A stretch of DNA of 64,000 nucleotides from Ylistrum balloti (Eukaryota): NCBI RefSeq assembly GCF_031769215.1, contig NW_026781891.1, positions 372,001 through 436,000 on the forward strand. The letters run 5' to 3'. A program made the position numbers and the translations under genes. Positions 38,501-50,683 of the stretch are shown piece by piece. Every line of letters starts with the position of its first letter. Within the stretch, counting starts at the first letter, position 1. Under the pieces are notes generated by a model that worked only from the letters and a program-made list of their open reading frames with translations, did not search any database and was not told the origin of the DNA.

Positions 38501-40530
38501 AAGTCAGTTCCTGTTGGCATCACTTCTACTGCCGGTAATGAAAACATCCGGTGCGGACTGCAGAATAGTACTGGTTTCTAGCTTGGCCCATGAATATACT
38601 CACTTCGATCCTACGGATATCGAAGGAAAGAAATATTCAGAACCGAAGTATGACACCGGGGAAATATACGGCAGATCAAAACTATACCAGGTAGGTAACA
38701 CTATTATGACGTAGTTTATGGAAGAGTATGGACTAGGGCACAGTTATACAAATTGTGTTTCATTGATTATTTCATAATAACCATGATTCACATGTTCTCT
38801 TTAAAACAAAAAGTGAAATAATCTTTCCGAAAGCGAGAACAAACACTTCGTTTTAAGTTAAAAATCAAAGAGGACGAACATCCTTTGGAATTTTTAAAGC
38901 TGTGTGATGTTTTGAAATCAATTTGTCTTATTTTGAAGTTGCTTTAAAACACACATTCATCAGGGTACGTTTCATACTACATTTATTTAGCGTATTTGGA
39001 CATAACTATTGCATGGTTTTAATATCAAGCCAAAACGAATCTATTTACTGAAAGAAAATTCGTCAATATGAATTCCGATATCAGACATGCCAAGGAGTGT
39101 ACCGTGTTGTCAGTTCGTTAAAAGGTCATAACAATGACAAGTAAATATCACATGTGTCCACTTTGTGTATTTTTTTTTTATTGTGGAACTATGTGTATTA
39201 AAAATAATTTTTGGGATTGACACCAGATTTGCATTGATGAAAATTAACATTCGTAAAACGTATATCAATGTTCTGGTACAATTAATGAAGGAGTAGTAGG
39301 ATACTGTTTACCATATTATTTTCAGCTGTATGAACTTTAAATGTATTTATGAAGACAACTGTTTTGATTCAGGTAATGCAGATGTACCGGTTGAATCAGG
39401 CTATTAAAAACACTGACGTAGCTGCCTTATCCCTACATCCAGGCTTTGTCAGAACGCCCCTCCTTACTACTTTCAGAAGGGGACCCGCAAGGGTTCTGTT
39501 GGCCTGTTTGGATTGTGTTGGTAAGAATTGCAATACAATTTGTTTATCTGTATTTATTCAACACAAATTTTACGTAATACTCACAATTTGGTCCCTCTCT
39601 AGAATTAATATTTCTTCTAAACAAGTCGAATGATAAAGTACTTCATATGACAGGACAACATAGAGAGAATTTGTATTGAATCTGTTTTATTTATCTTAAA
39701 ATTGTTGTTCACGGCATGAGGATACAGTTGCTATTTCCCAAAACAAGGTTGTTAAATCAGACATAAGAAGATTAAAAGATAGGTCATTACATAAAGTAGT
39801 TGAAAATATCATACTTAAGACAATGATTGTAACAAATTTCGACTTTCAAAATAACAGCATGATAACCGTACCTATATGTATCATATCATGTCAAACGACA
39901 TAAAACATGTGAAAAATCTATTTCGTTTGATGCATGCTCATTATTATTACAACTATTCGTCTTTCAAATCTGCTTACGTGTCCATGGCCATTAAGAATGC
40001 ATCTGGTAATGATAATAAATATTCACTTGACTTAACCAATAAAGGCACATCCAAGAGTCCATTTGAAGGAGCATGGACCTCACTAAATGCGGCTGTTAAT
40101 CCGGAACTGGCTGGAGTACGAGATGTCTACTTCTCCGACTCCAGACCAAAAGAACCGACATCAGCTGCCAAGTAAGTCATCGATGTGAATACATATGTCG
40201 CTCGGAGTACAATACGCCTTTATTAAGTGCTGTCTTGGTTGTTGTTATGAAAAGAGTTGTAAAAATTTAGTAACAATTTTCTCTACCTATTTTAAAAATT
40301 TAGTAACAATTTTCTCTACCTAAAAATGTTATACATCAAACAAGATGAATAAATCTGACAAATTTAGTCACTCAGCAAGCAAACGACTACCGATATTATT
40401 ATGACAATGACTGATGATATAAATATTGTTTGTTCGCAGAAACAAAGCATTCCAGGAGGCTCTTTGGGATTACACTCTGGAATGTCTCAAAGATTATCTC
40501 CCAGAAGACATCCTTAGAGAACTAAAATAA
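35547..40530 (+). CDS. SDR, retinol dehydrogenase-like, copy 4; 324 aa, 8 exons
   Basis: Exons 35547-35622, 36420-36505, 37261-37471, 38204-38238, 38490-38690, 39373-39520, 40045-40171 and 40440-40530 total 975 nt, all GT-AG. Motifs: TGGNAGVG, ACRS, CNAG, VNYLSQF, VSS, YGRSK and HPG. Confidence 0.93.
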
Positions 40531-41634
40531 CACCTCTGAAAGTAGAAAACCTGAAGGACGATATCAATCAGAAGAAAAATTCTCCATCGGAATACATTTG
40601 ATCTGAAACTTTCTATCATATTTATACACAAATGCTGTGCTTTGTGTAACGCTGCCTTACTTAAGTAGCAAATGCAACTTGCATATCTATACAGTTGTTC
40701 AAGATCTGAAAAAATACGAAACTGAGTTTGCTAGCTTTAGAACTCTTTCGAATGTAGGTTCCTACTCCGAATACAAATTATACGTTTTTAACGTATGTTG
40801 TAATATGAGATGACGATGGAATGAATTATAACCTAGAGGACTGAGAAAAGGTGAAAGTTCCATAACTACTCCGTGCAACTGAATTAATTTATTTAAATAT
40901 TATGACTTTTCAAGTTAACCACTGGTGCTATATGTCTATTTTATCAGTCTTTTATGCACATAATGTGCAATTTTTTTTCTTCTATTAATTGACTGTTGAA
41001 AACAGACAAAACATCTGAGGTGAAGTTATATTTATCATCTACATGCACTACATATATATATAACGACGATATGTGCATATTACGTTTTGTGAAATCAATA
41101 TAAATTAAATGTAATTAAAAAACATCTTTTACGAAAATGGACACATCTATTTTTGTCGATACATTACTATTTCCATGGAGCAGGAAAGCTTACCATTGTT
41201 TTCATGAATCTGCATATCTGGTAGCGCTGTTATAAGTTTATTTGTCAGTAACCCGAAATCTGACAGATCTTGAAAGAAAGTCTCTGATACCAAAAGGCTA
41301 CAATCTAAAAATACAATTTCAAAATCCAAGGGTTTTTCTCTCCCGATTTACAACTTCTAAACCCAAGGTTATACTCTCCACAGACATATCGAACGGTGTG
41401 TGGAATGCATGTGATAACGACGATTTCATTCCCACAATTATCGTTTGATTGCCGACCCAGGACTGAGTCTCTTATTTCCCTTACTTTATAAAGGACAGGA
41501 ATAGCGATCTCTGCACAGAAGTTTGTATTCCAAAGGAGAAATAACTGAATTTCTCAGACATGCCTCTGAAGGAATCTTTATAACAGCAAAGTCAATGTAA
41601 ACACATCCTGAGCAATTTTTTAAAGAAAATATGA

Positions 41635-41654
41635 GGGTGGGTGGGTGGGTGGGG
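41635..41654 (+). repeat. (GGGT)4GGGG G-quadruplex motif
   Basis: The sequence is GGGTGGGTGGGTGGGTGGGG; d(GGGT)4 is a well-characterised parallel G-quadruplex former in vitro. Confidence 0.75.
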
Positions 41655-44600
41655 TGTCTGCTTGTCAAAGACTACTACGTACCGGCCCAAATTGTATCCG
41701 TCCTGCAGAACTTCATAGAAGTTGTCCATGCTACCATCAGTACTGAATGATTCCCCTGTGTTCTGTTGGACCCATTGCTAGTTCGATTACTAATACAACC
41801 TGTTTTTCTCATAGATTCCTCCTTATAGAAAAATGTATATCTAACCAAGACTCTTTCATTAATCGTTAACGGAAAGTAGCATCTGCTATGTATGATGTGG
41901 TGATAGATTGACCGGAATCCCCCGGGAATTTCGACGATATATTTTACTGCGGTGCTTGATAACACCACCCGAGTCCAAATCCTTTGGTAATCATTACAAC
42001 ATTTTAGTACTTCAGTTGGTTGAACAAGACTTTTGAACAAGAAGAGAATAATTCTGGCGAATTCACCAATATGCTATCTCCTCCTGCCCGTATCTGTAGC
42101 TTTCATTAAATGTTCATTTTCTCCAACAAATCGTATAAAAGACTTTTAAATGAATACACGAATATCTCCTGTCAATAGTACATTAGTACCTGATACGGTG
42201 TAGAAACATAATCAAGCAAATCGACTCTCAAGGGAGATTTGTTAATAATGTTAGCAAGCTTAAGTGTTGACTTGTAAACGTCGAGTGAATCTGATAGCTT
42301 CTGTCATTAGAAGACTTAAGTGGAAAAGTAAAAAACAAAGTAGAGAAATCATATTCTGCCAAAATAACTAAAGCGCCTTTTAAAAGTGAACACCTAGCAG
42401 AGTTTACTCCTTGCAAGCAATGCATCGTGCAAAAGAAAACAAAAACAGTAAATAATATGCATGATACAAAGCCATTAGATACGTTTGATATGAAATAATG
42501 AAATAAATTCCTTCATAAGTGTCTTTGTCCTTCAAAGACTCGACAGTGATCCTCACGACCTAAAGTATTGAAAAACGTGTCAACATAATCATAATCCAAA
42601 CTCAAATTCAACAAAACTAGGTCAAAATACACATATAGAGTCATGACAAAGTGAAAGAAGATTTTCCTACTGTATCCGAGGGTCCATATATACTAGAACA
42701 CAAAAACTAGACGCAAAAGATAGGGCGCTGGCTGCCAAAATGAAAGCGCGCCTTAGAGTTACAACAACTTTGCTCTGGTGTAAAAATGACCCAGATCTTA
42801 GCAGAGGGGCCAAGTCACTATCATCCAAACTAAATTGCTACTGCTGATATTTGTGACTTTCCAAAGTTAGACATGGGATACCCTCGGACAATATTATGTG
42901 GCACATACGATCTACCAAATATCACTGGCAGCTGACTACATAAGTGAGCATCTCAGTAATGATGCTGACAACGCGATCTGGATATATCGGCACTCACGAG
43001 ACACTGTACAATGTCACATCCACTCAAGGCATAAGAGCAGTTTAAAGTACAACTTTAAATCCAGCACGACAGCTCCAAAGCCATTTATCCAATAAAGGAT
43101 TATTATTGTCTGTGTCCTACTGGACAGACAATCAAGGTGGTATGTGACAACGTAGCCAGTATCCTGTATGATCAAGACGATTTGTATCTGTAGGATGTAG
43201 ACCAACACTGACATGGCCAATCAGATTCTGGGACGAAGAAGCCTTCTGGGATTCTAGATTAGGTGTGTTAAATGTGTAAACCATCTAAAATAATTTAGCA
43301 TTCTTGTTAGAATATTGATTCAGCGGTTGTAAGGACGTTTCATTTTTGTGATTATCAGTGACCATGAGGGCCACTTTGAAAGTTGAACTTTCACTTTGGC
43401 GGGTTATTAGTGTAGGTGACCCTTTGTGAGCCTAGTCTCTTCGTACTTATAAAACCAAGTGTAAACATTTGATTTCAGTTCACTTTGCAACGCTTTTCCC
43501 CTTTACTCGCTTTTCCTTAAAAAGTGCATAGCAATATTGACAAATACATTTCAATTACTTTGCACAAAACTTCTCATTACTTTTTAGGCAGTCTACTTTA
43601 TACTGTTTGAAGATGTTTGACCACATAATTACGAATGGACTCCAATAGGAAGCAGTTTTGCTCTTCAGAAATTTTTTAAAAACTTAAAAAAAAAAAAAAT
43701 AGATAAAGAAATGATATTGTAGACTTCCCTCAAAAAACATTCATTCTTTTTTCAGTTTTGGCACAAAGGGTGTTTTAGTGTTGCGTACGTACATGATTGG
43801 GCTTAAATGCTTATCTGTAAATGTACGACTTAAGGGACTACCAATAACGCATACGGGGTGTTTTATTTAATTCTTATCGAAACCTCACCTTTCTAAAGTG
43901 CTATTGACTTTTGTATCGTTTATACAATCTTCTGCTGACGTGAAACGCAATATGCTATTCTTTAATGAGGATTATTTGAAGAGTTTATCGCGTGACGGTT
44001 TATAAAGAAGGCAAATAATTCAACCTTTAAACTGTTGATAACCGATAAAAGACTGAACACTGTGATTAAATGATCAGGTCTTGTGTCTTATGAATCAATA
44101 TATGCCATGGGGATATCTACATCGAGGTATTATGCTCAACATTTTATGAAATTATACGAATGTGACGCGGCGTTTTGAAAAGTGAAGAATTAATTATCAT
44201 TTAAAATTATTTTCTGCTGCAGAATAAGTTAGTTCAAACTATATGGCTACTTGTGTATAGGAGGACAATGTACTGACGTCATTAAAACTGGCATTGATGA
44301 CGTAATCATAGTGCTAGATAATTGCATGAAATAAAAAACATCCTTCAAATTGAGTTCATGCAATATCCGTATAAACGTCATGAATTTATCAAGTATAGTT
44401 TATTTTCATTTACCGTAATTATAATTGAACACAGAAACAATAGTCATTCATTTGTCAAATAACAGAAATAGTTAGTGTGTTTTCTCTCTAGAATGTTTTC
44501 ATCTAGTGTGTTCCTACAATTTTGTATGATAACGATGTATTAAGGATTGTAAGCGAGGCTATCAACACATACTGGTCTGGTCTCTAAGATACCAAACCTT

Positions 44601-44903
44601 CTATCTTAAGCGACCTATATTTAATCATCAGGCGGAATCCTCACGTCACCTTATCGTATTAATAGCACAGATTTGCCTTGCGTTTTCGGTGCGTCTTTAA
44701 TAATCAATTTGATCGTAATGTTTCGTCTATTGTATCATTGAGAAAGTGTGAACGACTCGTAAAAATATCAATGTTTTGTCACACTCACGAATTCATATAA
44801 AATTAAACGGTAAACTATTATTTCTTCTACACATGACAACACAGTCTTTATTTTCGTTTCTGACTATACAACAAATTAACCAAGAAGAAAAATAAAAAAA
44901 AGG

Positions 44904-45812
44904 CTCTGACTGCAGAATTATCCAGTATAGGCCATGAAATGGCTCATTTCGATCTTACGGATATTGAAGGAAAAAGGTGTTCTCAACCAAACTATGATGC
45001 GGAGAAATATCCTGTAGATCGAAACTCTATCAAGTAGTTTACAACATCTTCTTTATGTAATATATTATGATAGTTTTTTTTGGAACAAAAGCAGAAATTA
45101 GATTTCTGTTTTAGTTAAGATTATTACGGATAAAAGTACCAACATTTCAACAAATTCAATCAAACCATGGTGAAATACAATCAAAAGGATAGATTTACAC
45201 TAGGATCGCTGAAAAAGTACAAGAAGGATAAGACCAGACGTTCCGGAAGATACCTGAAGATAAAGAAAAGTTAAAAAATCAACTAAATATCGCTAAAAAT
45301 TATTTTATTCGATAACTCAATGCAAACAGGAAAGGAAATCAAAATGATCAGGTAAAGGGAGACAATTCAATATATGTATACTTTATCAGGATAAATAGAA
45401 GTAATTACAGGAATTATGATTGATCTGTTCAACAGTTCGGCCTGTTTTTATTGATTTTATCTTTCACTTACAAATTATTTCGCCTAGTTATATAACACAA
45501 ACATATCGAACAGTAAGCATCAGATTCGGACACCAATGAATGAATGCAGCAAGATTCCTTTTATGATAAGCCACATATACTATATTTAAATTATCTATTA
45601 GATCAGTATATTAAATATGTTACTTATACTTTTAATAATGTTACAGTTTACAATTACTGACGATTATTACATAATAAACCTTAACATATTTTGATTGATC
45701 CAGGTGGGTCTAAGAGTCCTGGACATAGTGCGGAAGTTAATCCAGAACTGACAGATGTACGGGATATCTACTTCTCTGACTCTAAACCATAATCATCCAC
45801 ACCAGCTTCAAA
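44904..45812 (+). pseudogene. SDR pseudogene relic: decayed exon 5 (~44904-45033) and exon 7 (45704-45812)
   Basis: The exon 5 relic reads SDCRI-(8-nt deletion)-SSIGHEMAHFDLTDIEGKRCSQPNYD-(1-nt deletion)-CRSKLYQ followed by GT. The exon 7 relic reads GGSKSP...VNPELTDVRDIYFSDSKP*SSTPASK with intact AG and GTAAG, an 18-nt deletion and an in-frame TAA. Confidence 0.88.
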
Positions 45813-48518
45813 GTAAGACTTTTTAAAACAGCTTTATTTATTTATTTAGAGTAGAAGTTTATATACAGGAAGCAGTAGGATTGTTAAGTGTGACGACCGG
45901 TAACTACACGGCGACCTTCATCAGACAAATGACCACTGTGAAATATATCACTGACGTACAAGTGTACGAGATGGTAAGGAATCTACCGATTTGTTTCGGC
46001 TTTGTTTTTAGAGCTTCCGGAATTTCCGGAAAATCTATTTTTTTTTTTTAATTTTTCCTTGAAGTTATGACAGCAAATGTTATATTTTGCTACTACTTCA
46101 AAACTTGTCCTTTCATATTATTAAAACTCAGAAAACTCAACAACTGATATCTTATCAATAACATTTAAGTTTCGTCAGCGTTGCCAACACATAACGGTTT
46201 TAACTGAAAATACGATATTTATTTCTTATAATGATGCTGTCAGAAGTTCATTTTTTCTTGTTACGAATAAAGATAATTTCTTATAAAATGCGGGTTCTTG
46301 AGTAACTATATTTATCAATATTATAAAAAAGGTCAATATTTAATTACTATATGGGACAAATTAGAATATTTTTAATGTAACCATACATGATACATTGAAC
46401 TTGGCGGTTTCACGATGATATCTTTTACGTTTGAACCGCCGTACATGATCGACCCCATGTTTGTTTTGCAGTTGCTTCCCTTTAACAGTCACTGACATAT
46501 ATCATCGTCTAATTTTAAACTGAAATATTAGACGGAGCTTGGGTGTAAATGTACTTTCGCAGTCTTAAATTTAAATGTAACTGACCTCACGATCACTTGA
46601 CAACGTAACCAAGATTTATTTCTTTAAATGCTAAACTATGTGAAAATTTAATGATAAGCTCAATGGTATTTGAAATGTGAGACTGTAAGTGAATAAACGA
46701 GAAAACAATGCTTAAAACCGTACCTCGCGTGTATGTTGCAGTTGTCTCCCTTGAACAATCGCCGTGTGTATTATCGTACGATTTTCATTAAAAGACTTAC
46801 TATATAGACGGAAATGACGTAATACTGGGGTTACGATTCCTTGGCAGTATAATTTATATGTCGAAACAATAAACTATAGATAAAAATATCTTGTTTTTAG
46901 TTTGTTTTATCTTATTTACGTTTACATGAATCATTATTGAGATTCATAATTTGTATTTTGAAACACGTATGTTATATTGTAACTTCCAGTCCACTGCAAA
47001 TATATGCTTTACACGAAATCCAGTTCAACTTAATTTACGATAGTATTGTCATGATATCTCGCTGAAAACGCAGTGCGGTTTTCCCTATGTGTTTGTCATT
47101 GGATACCACATCCAATGAAAGGAACACGGTGTGATGTTTTCCCCAATAAGACCTTTTCAACTTCACACAAGGATATATGATAGATAGATTGTTTTATTTT
47201 AAATGACAAATAAATGACGTATTATATACACATATACTTGATGTTGTTCTTATCATCAGCTATATGAAAATTACGAAAAGTATTCAATTATGGGGGCTAG
47301 TTCACTTATCCGTCTAGATTTTTATCATATTTTCGATCACTTTCGATTTTCCTTAGTGACGTTATAGGATTCAAGATTAAGGCCCCTGTCCTAATGATCA
47401 AAAGATGTTATGCAGTCGAAAAAAAAACTGAGCAGTGCTTTACAATATATAGCATTTTAAATAATTAAAAAATGAGTTAAAATCAACAACGAAATCTTCA
47501 TGGATTAATTAGCTCTCTGTGACACTACCTACATATAAAGTTTTATCACATGTCCCCATTTTACGAAAAATAGAAATTCAAAGTTATCGGCAGTGACAGT
47601 AGGAGACCTCCAGTTTATAAACATGATGATTATGACTTAAGAGAATCATATAGGATAAACAATATACGTTTCTTGTAACTTGATCAGTTGTGGGCTAATT
47701 ATTATCATAATGTTCGACACATATCAACTTCTTTAAAAATAAATATAAATTATATGGTTGTGAATTTATGTAATGATCAGCCGGAATGCTTCTTCATCTT
47801 TGCACATTTTAAATAGTTTGTCTATGGTTTGTTTTAATTCAAGCAGACACCGATGCTTCGGTGTCACAATTCATTGTTTAGGTAGCTAGAACAACTGTAT
47901 TGCAACCATTGCGATCACACGACCTGAAACACAGGAACACTTTTAAATGTACACCTATCGGTATTTTCAAACAGTTTGCTTTGTTTTCCTCTCATAAGAG
48001 TGCGGATGTTGACTTTCCTGTATATATCAACATATCAATTTTCAAAGCCTGTACCACATGTTCGTTGGTATCGTCAGAAGAAAACGCCCGCAAAATAAAA
48101 GCATTTCACTAGTGACATATAGCATCAATGGTGTCGTTTCGAAAGAAAGCTTGTTTGGCCTTTATTATGAAATTTAGCAACAGGAAACCTTCCACAGATT
48201 TCTAATTTCCGGTTGATAATACAGTATGTGTAAGACATACACATCTACCTTGAAGTGTAAAATATAGCATAACATTATAGAAAAGACGGTGTTTTGTAGT
48301 CAAACAACGTTTCCGTTTTCCCATGTTACATAAAGTAAAATGCAAACACTGCATAACAATCGATGTTTATGTGGTATCACATCAACATACCTTCTTGTCA
48401 AATTTTAAACGTTTTCTCTGTATGTTGTTAAAATGTGATCTTTCGTAAGAAACTTTATTGGTATAAAACAGCAAATTTAAAACGGAATAGACATTTAAGA
48501 ATTTCGCCAAACAGGAGC

Positions 48519-49937
48519 ATGACGTACATGCGGCGATCAGCGACCAGTGGTCTCTGGTCTGGCAATGAAATGTTTGCCATGAAGAAAAATGTAGCTGAAG
48601 ATATCAAATTAAAGAAAATGATAACCTGTCTGTCTATGGATCAATCATACGAGAAACATGCAGCAGAACGTGATATCCGTGGAACGCGAGATTTTCTAAA
48701 GGATGTTCGGTCGTCGACTGGACATAGCGCAGAAGGTATGGCATCTGTTGAATCCGTTCCTTCAAGCAGTCACCTGCCAGTTATACAGTATGATGTTCCT
48801 GATAGACTTTTACAGCGGTCGGAAAGATCATTTTCACTTCGACCGAGAGGATCTGTTATTTACGAAATAAATCAAGTGATCTATGATGACGTCATCCCAT
48901 CCATCATGCATGATACACCAGCACCATTACCCCAGGCGAAACGGCTTCGCCGACCCCGGGCAATGACTGAGTCTGGATTTCAAAGTCATACACCGCCATT
49001 ATCCAGTGGAAGACGGACCAAGTCAGACGGAGCATCATCGAAGTTTCTTTCAGTGAATGACCTTCCAAGAGGAAATACAAAATTGTCTGTCTTTTCTGAT
49101 GTCTCGGACAAGGACTGTGAAAACGAAAGCGTTGACGACGAACAAGAACGTTTACAAGAGTTCTTACGATTAAATACCAGGTACAATCCATGGAACATAC
49201 AACAAAGCAATGGTGCTTTGTACGATGCGCTCGAACCACCACGCATCAGAGATTGTTACAGGCCAGTATGTAGGCTATCATGTAACACGTGCATGACGAG
49301 AAAACAAAACGCTCCTTGTTTTGTTATTCCTGGGATCACACATCCGTCTGGTTTTGTTCTGCCTCTCAAAAGCGCCAAAAAGGACAAGCAAACACAAAAG
49401 AAAAACAAACCGAAATTAATGAAGAGATCGTCAACAAACGTAAGTGAACAGAGCTTAGAAACGCGAAACGATGTTGGCGTAGTTCAAGAGGGGCTTTACA
49501 CTGATAATGAGAATGAACGTGATGAAATAAACGACAAATTCCATCTCCGTGTTCAGCAAGAATTGAAGTTTCTGTTGAAGACAGACAAAAAGATAGACAA
49601 AGATCGTCTTAAAGTACTGTCAACACCTAAAGGAGGATTTAAGCGGGAATTAAGATTTTCAAAATCTTTAATAAAAAGGGAGGTGAAGAATATGACAATA
49701 AAGAATACAGCAGAAATGTTATCTACAACAGAGACAGAGAACCGCAGGAAGATAGACAGTCGGGTCAATATGTTTCTGGCTATGTTGAATTCACAGGAAA
49801 ACCATATACCCAACACGATGGTCCATATCCCTCTCAGAGAGGACATCATGCATGTGGATATATCCCACATAGAGCGGGTAGATTTAGATGTATTCCAGCA
49901 ACACAAAATCAATACCAGGAGAGTTTTTTCTGAGTAA
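48519..49937 (+). CDS. Uncharacterised basic Ser/Arg-rich protein, 472 aa from the first ATG, encoded without interruption
   Basis: The frame is open for 1.5 kb in AT-rich DNA. The first in-frame ATG (48519) follows an acceptor-like ACAG at 48511-48514, so an upstream exon is possible. I recognised no catalytic, RT or transposase motif. It contains CRLSCNTC and DRLKVLSTPK. Confidence 0.75.
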   Translation: MTYMRRSATSGLWSGNEMFAMKKNVAEDIKLKKMITCLSMDQSYEKHAAERDIRGTRDFLKDVRSSTGHSAEGMASVESVPSSSHLPVIQYDVPDRLLQRSERSFSLRPRGSVIYEINQVIYDDVIPSIMHDTPAPLPQAKRLRRPRAMTESGFQSHTPPLSSGRRTKSDGASSKFLSVNDLPRGNTKLSVFSDVSDKDCENESVDDEQERLQEFLRLNTRYNPWNIQQSNGALYDALEPPRIRDCYRPVCRLSCNTCMTRKQNAPCFVIPGITHPSGFVLPLKSAKKDKQTQKKNKPKLMKRSSTNVSEQSLETRNDVGVVQEGLYTDNENERDEINDKFHLRVQQELKFLLKTDKKIDKDRLKVLSTPKGGFKRELRFSKSLIKREVKNMTIKNTAEMLSTTETENRRKIDSRVNMFLAMLNSQENHIPNTMVHIPLREDIMHVDISHIERVDLDVFQQHKINTRRVFSE

Positions 49938-50389
49938 ATCATGGGTGATTTGAATTTTATTAGCGCTTACGGCGGTAATTGTCATGATCTAATGCTATTT
50001 GCTATCAGTGAATTCAAACATCTTCAAATTGTGCTTCCCTTAACTTGGAGGAAAGGTTGTACTAATTGAACTGAATATCAGTTACGTAATTTCCACGTTT
50101 TCAACTATATATGCAGCTTTTGATTTATGAAAACAACATATATAATTGTGCGGGAACAAACGTCTTAGTGTATGCATTTATGCATATACAAAGACATACG
50201 ATGAACACTAACATGCAACAGGTCGATGAGTTCGTGACAGGATATAATTAGGGTATATTTATAGAAAAAAAAGGTTTAATATCAAAGGCAGTGGATTGTT
50301 GGCGACAAATGGTTAAGGTAGAGAGTTAGAATTTATGTGATAGGACTTAATGACATATTTTGTTTGTTATATTATAAACAGATTGTATG

Positions 50390-50683
50390 ATGATTGTTAA
50401 GTGTTTAACTAGCAGAATACAGATTTATATCATAACCAGACATTATGATTGTTACGTTTTTAACTAGCAGAATACAGATTTATATCATAACCAGACAGTA
50501 TGATTGTTACGTTTTTAACTAGCAGAATACAGGTTTATATCATAACCAGACAGTATGATTGTTACGTTTTTAACTAGCAGAATACAGGTTTATATCATAA
50601 CCAGACAGTATGATTGTTACGTTTTTAACTAGCAGAATACAGATTTATATCATAACCAGACAGTATGATTGTTACGTGTTAAC
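50390..50683. repeat. 55-bp minisatellite, ~5.3 copies, with degenerate copies continuing to ~50870
   Basis: TAACTAGCAG recurs at 50406, 50461, 50516, 50571 and 50626; the units are contiguous with no spacers. Confidence 0.95.

Noticed and set aside
47846-47889. GACACCGA-TGCT-TCGGTGTC hairpin with a downstream CTAG as a Helitron 3' end or terminator
   Set aside because: The CTAG is ~20 nt away and is not followed by T, I found no matching 5' end, and intrinsic terminators do not apply here.
48435-48518. GTG start giving a 500-aa product as in the ORF track
   Set aside because: In a eukaryotic context the first ATG (48519) is the more plausible start, and the upstream part looks like intron sequence ending in an acceptor-like ACAG.
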